Shown here: piece after piece, positions 8,357 through 16,241 of the stretch | Numbering within the stretch: position 1 is the first letter of the stretch | Layout of the letters: every line of letters begins with the position of its first letter | Assembly (NCBI RefSeq): GCF_000015225.1 | Contig: NC_008698.1 | Coordinates: 30,001-62,000 of the forward strand | DNA: 32,000 bases | Origin: Thermofilum pendens Hrk 5 | GTDB taxonomy: Archaea > Thermoproteota > Thermoprotei > Thermofilales > Thermofilaceae | Direction: 5' to 3' | The notes under the pieces: model-generated | The model's database searches: none | What the model saw: the letters and a program-made list of their open reading frames with translations, nothing else | What the model was told of the DNA's origin: nothing | Position numbers and translations under genes: made by a program

Positions 8357-9124
8357 ATGTACCCCTTAACGCTCTACGCCCTATCCGCCGTATCCGGAGT
8401 CCTCGTAGGGTTCGCGCTGGGGCTCGTCGGGGGAGGAGGCAGCATACTCGCGATACCGCTGTTACTCTACTTCGCCGGGCTCTCCTCGGTCCTAGACCAG
8501 GACACCGCCGTCCACGTCGCGATAGGCACGACCTCCGTAGCCGTGGGGCTCAACGCGCTCGCAAACTTCGCGATGCACCTGAAAAGCGGGAACGCCGAGC
8601 TAAAGGCAGGCGCCGTGTTCGCCGGTATAGGCACCGTCGCCTCGACGCTAGGCGCGCTACTCGGGAGGCAGACGAAGGGGCAACTACTCCTAGCGCTCCT
8701 CGGGGTAGCCATGGTCCTCCTCTCGTTCTGGGTAGCTTCGAAGAGAAGGTACGCAGGCGGGAAGACTTCCCTCAAACGGCTCGCCGCCGGGAGCGCCCTC
8801 GTAGGCTTCGTCTCCGGCTTCCTCGGGATAGGCGGAGGCTTCCTCGTAGCCCCAGCCCTCCTCTGGGCAGGGCTAGACGTCAAGAAGGCTATAGGCACGT
8901 CCCTCCTCGCCGTAGGGCTCTTCGGGCTATCGACGTCCGCGGTCTACGCCTCGGCGGGCTACGCGGACTACGCCATAGCCGCCGCCTACCTCGCCGGCGG
9001 AGTGCTTGGCGGGAGGCTCGGAGTACACGTGTCCACGAGGGCTCCGAGGGAGAAAGTAGCGCTAGCATACTCGGCGCTCATAGCCGCCGTAGGAGTATAC
9101 ACGGTGCTGAAAGCCCTGGGCTAG
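8357..9124 (+). CDS. TauE/SafE (DUF81) family anion exporter membrane protein
   Basis: The 255-aa polytopic membrane protein has duplicated GGGGSILAIPLL / GIGGGFLVAPAL motifs. Confidence 0.85.
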   Translation: MYPLTLYALSAVSGVLVGFALGLVGGGGSILAIPLLLYFAGLSSVLDQDTAVHVAIGTTSVAVGLNALANFAMHLKSGNAELKAGAVFAGIGTVASTLGALLGRQTKGQLLLALLGVAMVLLSFWVASKRRYAGGKTSLKRLAAGSALVGFVSGFLGIGGGFLVAPALLWAGLDVKKAIGTSLLAVGLFGLSTSAVYASAGYADYAIAAAYLAGGVLGGRLGVHVSTRAPREKVALAYSALIAAVGVYTVLKALG

Positions 9125-9207
9125 CAGGCGCGCATTCGCACGCCCGGGAAGGGTTGCGGGAGCGTTTGAACTAAAATCCTTTTAAAGCGCTGGGCTTCGG
9201 GGAGCAC

Positions 9208-9618
9208 GTGGTACGCATGGCTAGCAGGGTAGTAGTAGAGCTGAGGTTCAAGGGCTCCGGTGAACCTTTGACCTTCGAGCTTGAGCCCGGCAGAACGGTC
9301 GAGGTTGAGCTCGGGAACCGCTCCCCGGAGACCCTGGTCTACAGGTTCACCTTGAGGAGGATCGAGGGGTTCGTGTCCTACACGATAGTTAAGCTGGAGG
9401 CGGGCGGCAAGACGTCGTACGTGGGTCGCAGCACGAAGCCGGGGGTAACGCTCGAAGTACTCGTACACCCCGGGGAGTCGGGGGCGCTCCGCCTAGGCGC
9501 GGTGTCCCCCAGGACCTCCGAGGACGACTTCAAGGTAGAGATAGAGGTTACAGTCGAGAGAGTCGCCGCGGCGACACTACCAGAAAAAGCACCGGTTTTA
9601 AGAGCTCAGCGCTTGTAG
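9208..9618 (+). CDS. Hypothetical beta-rich protein
   Basis: The 136-aa ORF has a TATA-like CTTTTAAAG about 25 nt upstream. I recognise no motif. Its 3' end overlaps the convergent permease gene by 13 nt. Confidence 0.5.
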   Translation: MVRMASRVVVELRFKGSGEPLTFELEPGRTVEVELGNRSPETLVYRFTLRRIEGFVSYTIVKLEAGGKTSYVGRSTKPGVTLEVLVHPGESGALRLGAVSPRTSEDDFKVEIEVTVERVAAATLPEKAPVLRAQRL

Positions 9619-10943
9619 AGCAGGAGCCCCAGCGCGGCTACGAGGGCTGTGCTCAGCCAGACGATCCAGTCCCAGAAGCTCAGAGCGACGAACACGGCTA
9701 TGAGTATGTCCGCCAGCACGGGCAACACGGGGAAGTCGCCGACGTTGAGCGGAACCCTGAAGCGCCTCGAGAGGCCCTCCCTCCTCCTCAAGGCGACCAC
9801 GGCGGCGTTCACGACGAAGAACGCGAGGAGAACAGCCAGGCTGGCAGTCTTCCCGACGAGGTCTATCAGCTGGTACTCCTGCCCCCCGAAGCTCAGCCTC
9901 CACCCGGTGACGCTGGGCAGGTAGTCCGTCGCGAAGACGAGCAGGGCGGCGAGAACACCCGTGAAGGCGACGGCTACGTGAGGAGTCCTCCTCCACCCGT
10001 CAACCCTCCCGAAGCCGCTCCACGCAACCCCCTCCTCCGCCAGCCCGTAGGCTAGCCGCGAGGCCGAGACGAGGAAGCCGAGCGAGGTGTTAGTCGTGGC
10101 GAAGAGGGCTATGAACATCAAGAGGTGGAACGCGGGGGGCCACGCCCTCGAAGCCGCGTCAGCCATCGGGGCCTTACTGGCGCCGAGCTCCTCCCAGCTC
10201 ATAAGCCTGACGACAGACAGGGAGACGAGCAGGTACAGCAACGTCGTCACGGAGACCGCTAGGACTATGGACTTCGGGATAACCCTCTCGGGGTCCACGG
10301 TCTCCTCGCTGAGCGTCGGCTGGTACTCGAAGCCCGTGTACGCGAAGTAGAACACGGCGGCGCCCACGAGTACAGCCATCACGGGGTCGACGGAGGGGTT
10401 GAAGGAGAGGTAGCCGGGGCTCCTCGCCGGGAAGAGGAAGCCCAGCAACACCACGAGCACGAGCCCGCCCGCCTCTATCACCGTGAAGACAGCGCTCAGG
10501 AAAGCCGACTCCTTAATCCCCCACCAGTTCAGCACAGACAGCACGGCGAGCAGGGCCACGGTGACCGGGACCACCCAGCCCTCCCCCAGCCCCGCCAGCC
10601 TGGAGAAGTACCCGGCAAAGCCCAGCGCCGCCGTAGCCGCCCCCGCGACACCGCCGAAGAACAGCATCCACGCGGCGAAGAAAGCCAGAAGCCCAGCCCC
10701 CGGGAAAGCCTCCCTCACGTAGGTATACGTGCTCGCAGCCTTCGCGAAGATAGAGGAAAGCTCCGCGTAAGAAAAAGCCGTCGCAACGGCTATGACGCCG
10801 GAGAACGCGACACTAGCCCACACAGCGTCGCCCACGATGCCCGCAGCCCTCCCGATCAAGACGTATATACCGGCGCCGAGTATCAACCCAACGCCGAACA
10901 GCGTCGCGTAGCCCAGCCCAAGCTCTCTTTTAAGCCGCGACAC
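9606..10943 (-). CDS. APC-superfamily amino acid/polyamine permease
   Basis: The 445-aa ORF has about 12 predicted TM segments and an N-terminal LGLGYATLFGVGLILGAGIYVLIG motif typical of APC transporters. Confidence 0.85.
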   Translation of the reverse strand: MSRLKRELGLGYATLFGVGLILGAGIYVLIGRAAGIVGDAVWASVAFSGVIAVATAFSYAELSSIFAKAASTYTYVREAFPGAGLLAFFAAWMLFFGGVAGAATAALGFAGYFSRLAGLGEGWVVPVTVALLAVLSVLNWWGIKESAFLSAVFTVIEAGGLVLVVLLGFLFPARSPGYLSFNPSVDPVMAVLVGAAVFYFAYTGFEYQPTLSEETVDPERVIPKSIVLAVSVTTLLYLLVSLSVVRLMSWEELGASKAPMADAASRAWPPAFHLLMFIALFATTNTSLGFLVSASRLAYGLAEEGVAWSGFGRVDGWRRTPHVAVAFTGVLAALLVFATDYLPSVTGWRLSFGGQEYQLIDLVGKTASLAVLLAFFVVNAAVVALRRREGLSRRFRVPLNVGDFPVLPVLADILIAVFVALSFWDWIVWLSTALVAALGLLLYKR

Positions 10944-10976
10944 GGTATAGAAAGGCGCAGAAACATTAAAAAATCT

Positions 10977-11390
10977 TTATTTGAGCTCTACGGCAACCTC
11001 TCCCTCCAGCGCCCCAGTCTCCGCCCAGACCTTCACGTCCCTGAGCGCTAGCCTCACAGGCCTACCGTTCTCCAGCGTCAAGACAACCCTGCCCGTCACC
11101 AGCTTGTTGCCCCCAACCTTCTCTTCGAGCGCGAAGCCAAGCTTCTGGATCAACCTTGTAAGCTCGCCCCTCCTCTCCCTGTCCTCCAGCAAAGACCTGT
11201 TCCTCGCCCCTATAGCCCCCCAAAGGTACTTGATGAAGCTCACTCCAGCCGGATTCACGGGCCTAACCAATTCAAACTCAATCGTCTCGCTCATCGAAAA
11301 CACGAAAAACACGCAGGTAAATATACCTAGCGCACAGAAAGAAAAGAACAGGCCCAAAGGTGACGACATTCCAAGCACAAATGCTGCCAC
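10977..11390 (-). CDS. Hypothetical protein, possibly with an N-terminal TM anchor
   Basis: The 137-aa ORF begins at a GTG at 11390. Alternative starts exist at the ATG at 11369 and at an internal MSETIEF, which would remove the hydrophobic segment. Confidence 0.5.
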   Translation of the reverse strand: MAAFVLGMSSPLGLFFSFCALGIFTCVFFVFSMSETIEFELVRPVNPAGVSFIKYLWGAIGARNRSLLEDRERRGELTRLIQKLGFALEEKVGGNKLVTGRVVLTLENGRPVRLALRDVKVWAETGALEGEVAVELK

Positions 11391-11508
11391 TCAATCGATA
11401 AGTGTGCACAAGTTACTCACTCTCTTTATGATTGTTTTTCTTTCTGGGTTACAATGAGAGAATACATTAAAAAAGATTGCTTTTGCATACCCATCCTTGT
11501 CCTAATTT

Positions 11509-11985
11509 TTACGGCAGGGTTATTAGCTTGGGGTACTCCTTACCACCAGTGCTGTGAAGCTTCACCTCAATACTAACGCCACTAGTAAACTTTGTCCCGC
11601 CGCATTCATTTCCATTTCCGAGAGTAAACGTTATTGTGAGGGGATCTCCACCAGGCTTAAGAGGTTGAGGAGTAGCAGTAACATCAGGATTTGGAGTTAT
11701 TGCGGGGTTGCAGTTCTTTACGGGTACTCCATTAATGAATATATTGTCAATGCTCGTCGAGATCGTACCAGTATTTTTAACGATAACTGTTACATCCCAC
11801 CCTCCTTGAGCATTGGGCACAGCATAAAGCGATACTATTTCGAGTTTCTCGACTGTGCCTGTGAAGATGCCAACTATGCCCGTCATCCAGAATGCTACCG
11901 CTATTGCTATAGCGATCGTTACGGCGACGATGATGACCGTTGCTATCACGGGGCTGATGCCCCTTCTTTTCTGCGCCGCCATCAT
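11509..11985 (-). CDS. Archaeal type IV pilin-like protein (class III signal peptide, DUF1628-type N-terminus)
   Basis: The 158-aa ORF has KRRG/ISPVIATVIIVAVTIAIAIAVAFW at its N-terminus, followed by a beta-rich domain. It is noticeably AT-richer than its neighbours by eye. A TATA-like element at 12004-12013 (minus strand) lies upstream. Confidence 0.78.
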   Translation of the reverse strand: MMAAQKRRGISPVIATVIIVAVTIAIAIAVAFWMTGIVGIFTGTVEKLEIVSLYAVPNAQGGWDVTVIVKNTGTISTSIDNIFINGVPVKNCNPAITPNPDVTATPQPLKPGGDPLTITFTLGNGNECGGTKFTSGVSIEVKLHSTGGKEYPKLITLP

Positions 11986-12077
11986 TTTTTTAACTGCTTA
12001 GGACTTAAAAAGGTTGCGCGTGGAAGGCTGGGAAGGCTTACCGGCCACGCTGTTCTCGCGCGTTTTAAAGCTGAAGG

Positions 12078-12084
12078 TTTAAAT
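12078..12084 (+). promoter_or_regulatory. TATA box (TTTAAAT) for tRNA-Gln
   Basis: It lies 26-32 nt upstream of the mature tRNA 5' end at 12110. Confidence 0.6.
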
Positions 12085-12109
12085 CCCCCGGCGCCCCTTT
12101 TTCTAGGCG

Positions 12110-12186
12110 AGCCCGGTGGTGTAGCGGTCAAGCATGGCGGGCTTTGGACCCGCAGATCCGGGGTTCGAATCCCCGCCGGGCTACCA
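12110..12186 (+). tRNA. tRNA-Gln (anticodon UUG), with the 3' CCA encoded
   Basis: A manual cloverleaf fold works. The acceptor stem AGCCCGG/CCGGGCT has 7 perfect bp. The anticodon stem is GCGGG/CCCGC with loop CTTTGGA. The T arm is CGGGG-TTCGAAT-CCCCG. The discriminator is A, followed by CCA. No intron is present. Confidence 0.92.
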
Positions 12187-12189
12187 CTT

Positions 12190-12597
12190 CTACGGCACGC
12201 CCACTATGAGGGGGTATTCCCTTCCGCTAGCCGTAACCACGACTACTTCTAGGGCGTCCGCGGGCGGAGCCTCCACCGTTATCGACGCTGACGAGCCGGG
12301 CTCCACGGCTACCCGCTGCTCGTAGACCTGGCCGTTCACCTTCACCGCGACTATCGTTGCGGGCTTCGTGCCCCTGTTCCACGCGTACACCGTTACGACC
12401 GTCTTACCGCCGGACCTGCTGGCCGACGCTTTGAGGTCGAGGATCTCTAGGCCCATCTGCTGGGTAGCCATGTTCGCCAGCCAGAAGGCCGCCGCGACAG
12501 CCACTGCCACCACTACCACCAGTACCACTACTTCCCCGGGCACTTCCACGGCTTTTTCGGCGCGGAAGCCCCTTATATCGGTTGCGCGGTTTTGCAT
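12190..12597 (-). CDS. Pilin-like protein, paralog of 11509-11985
   Basis: The 135-aa ORF has the hydrophobic segment VVVLVVVVAVAVAAAFW. It then aligns with the other pilin: LEILDL...GGKTVVTVYAWNRGT...VNG versus LEIVSL...GGWDVTVIVKNTGT...ING. The C-termini are shared as well, GREYPLIVGVP versus GKEYPKLITLP. An alternative leaderless start at the GTG at 12549 lies downstream of an internal GATATAAGG. Confidence 0.65.
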   Translation of the reverse strand: MQNRATDIRGFRAEKAVEVPGEVVVLVVVVAVAVAAAFWLANMATQQMGLEILDLKASASRSGGKTVVTVYAWNRGTKPATIVAVKVNGQVYEQRVAVEPGSSASITVEAPPADALEVVVVTASGREYPLIVGVP

Positions 12598-12668
12598 CTA
12601 CAAAACAGTCCGCGGATGGCCCCGGGAAGAACCCCGGGAAAACGCGCCCGGCCACGGGCAACAACCCC

Positions 12669-12691
12669 CTCGAAAAAACAGTTTTTTCGAG
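12669..12691. repeat. Perfect inverted repeat CTCGAAAAAAC-A-GTTTTTTCGAG (11-nt arms, 1-nt spacer)
   Basis: Read directly from the sequence. It presents a T6 run on both strands. It could act as a bidirectional terminator or as a dimeric protein-binding site. Confidence 0.6.
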
Positions 12692-12797
12692 GCGAATTTA
12701 GCCCCCTCAACGCCCCGGCGCCCGCCTCGTTTTGTCATGATGAATCACCGGGAAAGAATTAAACCCCCGGCGCGAGGAGGTGTGCGGGTGGTAGGGC

Positions 12798-12929
12798 GTG
12801 AAGTTCGGCAAGGCGGAGAGAGAGGTGGACGTTAAGGACACCGGTAAGGTTGTCGTCGCCTACGATGCCCGGTCGGAGTGGGCTAGGCGCGTCGCGGAAG
12901 GTGTGCTACGGGAGCTGGGGCTTAAGTAG
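12798..12929 (+). CDS. Possible small ORF (43 aa) or gene remnant
   Basis: The ORF runs GTG...TAG and encodes VKFGKAEREVDVKDTGKVVVAYDARSEWARRVAEGVLRELGLK. Codon usage is genome-like. An AATTAAAC element lies about 35-40 nt upstream. It is below the track size cutoff, and I recognise no family with any certainty. Confidence 0.25.
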   Translation: MKFGKAEREVDVKDTGKVVVAYDARSEWARRVAEGVLRELGLK

Positions 12930-12991
12930 AAAGAAAGTCTCTGGGCCCCTTCTTTTCCGCCATCTTTTACGGTCGAGGCTCCGCCGGGGTT

Positions 12992-13756
12992 CTAGGCCTG
13001 CGCGGATGCCTCCTCCACCCAGCCTTGCGGTATGGATTCCTGCTCCTCCTTGACTCTCGCACCGGCCTTATCGATTACGCCGAGTACGTAGCTCCAAGCT
13101 TTCGACACTCTCTCCCTGAGCCCGGGGCGAGGAGAGGACTGAGGCACGAAGACTCTCCCGATGCTCGCCCTCGCGAGCAGCCATGCCTCGAAGAACCCCT
13201 CGCCTAGCTTTTCGACCCGCTCCCTCGTCGGGACCTCGCCGGTTAGCCAGTAGAGGTCCCTCGCGAAGTTGCCCGCAATGTTCCTGAGCAGCCCTTGCTC
13301 GACCTCCGAGAAGGGGGTTTGCGAGAGCCTCCGCGCCGCGTACTCCGGGAACTTTTCGCCTTCCGGAACAAAGAACGCACCGCTAGCCGACATCAAGTAG
13401 CTCTTCGAGCCCGCCACGACGGAAAGGTCTCCGGCGACGTAAACCGCGGACGCCACGGTGAGGGAGTAGTAGACGCTCTTCAAGAGCCTGGAGAAAGCTT
13501 CATCGAGGGACGAGACGCGGAGACCGGCACCGCTAGCCAGCGATACCACTTCTTCGTCTTCGAAGTACCCTTGGAGCACCAGCCTACCGTTCAGGGAGAA
13601 CGCCGGCACAGAGAATACCCCGTACTCGAGGGCCCGGAATGGGTACTTCTCCGTGTCGAGATAAGTTATCCGGGTGCTTTGCGGTGTGCGGGAGCTTAGT
13701 AGCCGGTAGACTCTGTAGGAGTCGGCGCACCTGGGGTGCACGTAGACCGTTAACAT
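12992..13756 (-). CDS. Hypothetical protein with an N-terminal thioredoxin/glutaredoxin-like fold (CxxS)
   Basis: The 254-aa ORF has VYVHPRCADSY...FSVPAFSLNGRLV, which resembles a thioredoxin fold with a monothiol CADS motif. The C-terminal domain is unassigned. Confidence 0.55.
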   Translation of the reverse strand: MLTVYVHPRCADSYRVYRLLSSRTPQSTRITYLDTEKYPFRALEYGVFSVPAFSLNGRLVLQGYFEDEEVVSLASGAGLRVSSLDEAFSRLLKSVYYSLTVASAVYVAGDLSVVAGSKSYLMSASGAFFVPEGEKFPEYAARRLSQTPFSEVEQGLLRNIAGNFARDLYWLTGEVPTRERVEKLGEGFFEAWLLARASIGRVFVPQSSPRPGLRERVSKAWSYVLGVIDKAGARVKEEQESIPQGWVEEASAQA

Positions 13757-13757
13757 A

Positions 13758-13789
13758 GGAGGGGAATTTTTCCGTGGGATTTATCTGTT
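13758..13789. repeat. Copy 1 of an imperfect ~30-bp direct repeat (GGAGGGGAATTTTTCCGTGGGATTTATCTGTT)
   Basis: It shares GGAG..AATTTT..C...GATTTATCT.TT with the copy at 13811-13840. The GATTTATCT cores are 51 bp apart. Confidence 0.55.
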
Positions 13790-13810
13790 ACGCTGAGGTA
13801 TCCTTTGTGT

Positions 13811-13840
13811 GGGAGAATTTTCTTCCCTGATTTATCTATT
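13811..13840. repeat. Copy 2 of the imperfect direct repeat (GGGAGAATTTTCTTCCCTGATTTATCTATT)
   Basis: See copy 1. It lies inside the AT-rich divergent intergenic region. Confidence 0.55.
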
Positions 13841-14121
13841 TTATAACTTGGTTTTCGTTTTTCGAAATTCGTATTACGTTTGTCGTATAACGTTATTCGT
13901 GCTTCGTTCAACGTTCTCCGGTATCAGTTCCCCGGGAATTGTCCTGCGAAAATTCAACCGCTTTTTTCCAGTTAGCGGCGTGTGCATTTTACTCCCATGT
14001 ATTGTATCACAGGTTTTCTATTAAAATCTAGCATTTAGGATAAGATTCTAGGACGTTATTTTAAACGAAATATTTATTTTGGGGTGGGCTAGGCGTGGGG
14101 CGCCGCAACTTGAGGCTTAGG

Positions 14122-14128
14122 TTTATTT
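14122..14128 (+). promoter_or_regulatory. TATA box (TTTATTT) for the deaminase gene, bracketed by a 7-bp inverted repeat
   Basis: It lies 25-31 nt upstream of the GTG at 14153. GCTTAGG (14114-14120) and CCTAAGC (14141-14147) flank it. Confidence 0.55.
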
Positions 14129-14152
14129 GCCCCGTTAACGCCTAAGCTCTCT

Positions 14153-15499
14153 GTGGCTACGCTGGTTATCCGCGACGCTGACACAATCTTGACGATGAAC
14201 AGCGCGAGGCCCGTGCTTAGGCACCAGTCGATCCTCGTTGACGGCAACGTTGTGGCGGCCGTGGGGGATTATAGCTCGCTTGTCGCGAGCTACGGGGCTC
14301 CCGACGAGGTTATCGATGGTCGTGGAAAGGTCGTTTTGCCGGGTTTCTACGACCTGCATACTCACATCGCGATGGCGGGTTTCAGGGGGTTGGCGGCGGA
14401 CGCCGGCGACGTTATCTACAGGGTTTTCTGGCCGCTGGAGCGGTTGCTGAGCGGGGAGTCGGTTTACCGCTTCGCCCTGCTAGGCGGGTTGGAGGCTTTG
14501 AAGAGTGGCGTGGTGCTTGTGGCTGACCACTACTTCTTCATGCGGGACGTCGCGAGGGCGCTGGTAGAGCTGGGCTTGAGGGGGCTTCTGGGGCATACGT
14601 ACATGGATAGGGATGGCCCCTTCACCGGGGAGCGCGAGCTTAGGGAGGCTTTGGACTTCGTCGAGCGGTGGAGGGGGCACGAGCTGATCACACCCGTGCT
14701 GGCGCCCCACGCTCCCGACACCGTCAGCAGGGATAACCTGCTCTACTTCGCGGAGCTCTCCAGGGAGAAGAACCTCTTCGTACACATGCACCTCGCGCAG
14801 ACTCTACGTGAGTTTAAAACAGTGAAGGAGGAGACCGGCTATACCCCTGTGAGGTATGCTTTGAGGCTGGGGCTCCTAGGAGGGAGGAGCATAGTGGCTC
14901 ACGCGAACTACGTGGACGAGAACGAGAAAGCCCTTCTGGCGCACAGTGGTAGCGTGATCGTCCAGTGCCCCTCCACGTACTTCATGTCCGGTACCCCGTT
15001 CCACGCCTATGACTACTGGCAGCTTGGCGGCAACGTCGCGATAGGCACGGATGCCCCGTGCTACAACGACAACGTGGATTTCTTCGAAGAGATGAGGCTC
15101 CTGGTCTACGGCCAGCGCATGAAGCTCGAGAAGAGCGGTGTTTGGAGGGCCTACGACGTCCTGGAGATGGCTACAAGGCTCAGCGCGAGGCTTGTGGGGG
15201 TCCGCGGCGGCTTCGTCGGTAAGGGGGCCTTGGCAGACCTCGTGCTCGTGAACCTTTCCAGCGTGAGGCTTAGACCCTTCCTGGACCCCTTCTCGAACAT
15301 AGTCTACGCCGCTAGTAGCGGTGACGTGGACACGGTGATTGTTAACGGCAGGGTAGTACTGAAGGGTGGGAGGCACGTCTCGCTCGACGAGGAGAGGATT
15401 GTCAGCCAGGCCGAGGCCGAGGCGAGGATGCTCTTGAGGAGGGCGCTCGACGAGAGCCCCGAGCTCGAGAGCATAATAGGGAGGGATAAAGAAATATAG
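14153..15499 (+). CDS. Amidohydrolase-superfamily nucleoside deaminase (MTA/SAH/5'-deoxyadenosine deaminase-like, COG0402)
   Basis: The 448-aa ORF has PGFYDLHTHIAMAGFRGLA (HxH), FWPLE, HMHLAQT, VAHANYV and IGTDAP, the metal-ligand pattern of the MtaD/DadD family. Confidence 0.8.
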   Translation: MATLVIRDADTILTMNSARPVLRHQSILVDGNVVAAVGDYSSLVASYGAPDEVIDGRGKVVLPGFYDLHTHIAMAGFRGLAADAGDVIYRVFWPLERLLSGESVYRFALLGGLEALKSGVVLVADHYFFMRDVARALVELGLRGLLGHTYMDRDGPFTGERELREALDFVERWRGHELITPVLAPHAPDTVSRDNLLYFAELSREKNLFVHMHLAQTLREFKTVKEETGYTPVRYALRLGLLGGRSIVAHANYVDENEKALLAHSGSVIVQCPSTYFMSGTPFHAYDYWQLGGNVAIGTDAPCYNDNVDFFEEMRLLVYGQRMKLEKSGVWRAYDVLEMATRLSARLVGVRGGFVGKGALADLVLVNLSSVRLRPFLDPFSNIVYAASSGDVDTVIVNGRVVLKGGRHVSLDEERIVSQAEAEARMLLRRALDESPELESIIGRDKEI

Positions 15500-15521
15500 C
15501 CGCGCATGCATCGAGGTAACC

Positions 15522-16241
15522 GTGGCTAAGCCGTTACACATACTCGCAAAGCCGGAGGACATAGCCCCCAGGGTTATCGCCTCGGGGGACCCCGCCAGAG
15601 TGAAGCAACTCTCAAGCTACCTCGATAACCCCAGGCTGGTGAACGAGAACAGGGGCTTCCTGGTATACACCGGCACGTACAAGGGGGTACCCGTGACTGT
15701 TGCTACCCACATGATAGGTGCTCCCTCCGCCGCGATAGTCTTCGAGGAGCTCATAATGCTGGGTGCGAAGCTGATAGTCAGGTTCGGCACCTGCGGCGGC
15801 TTCCTGCCGGAGATGCGCGTAGGGGACTTCGTGATAGCGACGGGCGCCTCGTACAGCGGTGGGGGAACAATGAATACCTACAGCCCCGGCGAGTGCATGG
15901 CCGCCGTGCCGGACTACGACGTGCTCAGCGCACTCGTCGAGAGCGCTTCGAGGCACGGGTTGAAGTACTTCCTGGGGCCCGTGGTTAGCAGCGATAACTT
16001 CTACTCAGGTATAGAGTACCTGAACAGGTGGATAAACAGGGGCATGATAGCCGTCGACATGGAGGCTGCCACGCTGTTCGTCGTCGGCAGGCTTAGGCGC
16101 GTGAAGACCGGTGCCTCCTTCGTCGTGAGCGACGTGATCGGTGAGGCTTACAAGAAGATGGCGACGGCCGAGGAGCTACGCGAGGCTGTCGACAAGGCTT
16201 CGAGAGCCGTGCTAGACGCGGTTATAAGCGTGAAAGTTTGA
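15522..16241 (+). CDS. Nucleoside phosphorylase, PNP/UDP family 1 (hexameric DeoD/MTAP-I/uridine phosphorylase type)
   Basis: The 239-aa ORF has SGDPARV...NENRGF..YTG.YKG..V.V..H.IG.PSAAIVFEEL...G...IVRFGTCGG and MEAATLF. Confidence 0.8.
   Translation: MAKPLHILAKPEDIAPRVIASGDPARVKQLSSYLDNPRLVNENRGFLVYTGTYKGVPVTVATHMIGAPSAAIVFEELIMLGAKLIVRFGTCGGFLPEMRVGDFVIATGASYSGGGTMNTYSPGECMAAVPDYDVLSALVESASRHGLKYFLGPVVSSDNFYSGIEYLNRWINRGMIAVDMEAATLFVVGRLRRVKTGASFVVSDVIGEAYKKMATAEELREAVDKASRAVLDAVISVKV

Noticed and set aside
11290-12186. Integrated mobile element at tRNA-Gln (an AT-rich block adjacent to a tRNA gene)
   Set aside because: I could find no integrase gene, no duplicated tRNA-derived att sequence anywhere in the window, and no other viral or plasmid genes. 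Only the compositional oddity remains, and it is reported as a finding.
12737-12743. ATGATGA (C-box-like), suggesting a C/D box sRNA
   Set aside because: No CTGA D or D' boxes occur at suitable spacing (about 12 nt guides) downstream, and there is no terminal stem, so the C/D architecture is not supported.
13757-13789. ORB-like origin recognition box (the reverse complement TCCCACGGAAAAATTCCCCTCC compared with crenarchaeal ORB cores)
   Set aside because: The match to ORB sequences as I remember them is only partial. The G-string is on the wrong side, there is no inverted ORB pair and no adjacent orc1/cdc6. It is kept only as a low-probability alternative within the AT-rich-region finding.
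13809-14024. 71-aa ORF inside the AT-rich intergenic region
   Set aside because: It is Phe/Ile/Tyr-rich as expected from random AT-rich sequence and lacks genome-like codon usage. It overlaps the repeat elements and has no plausible promoter spacing.
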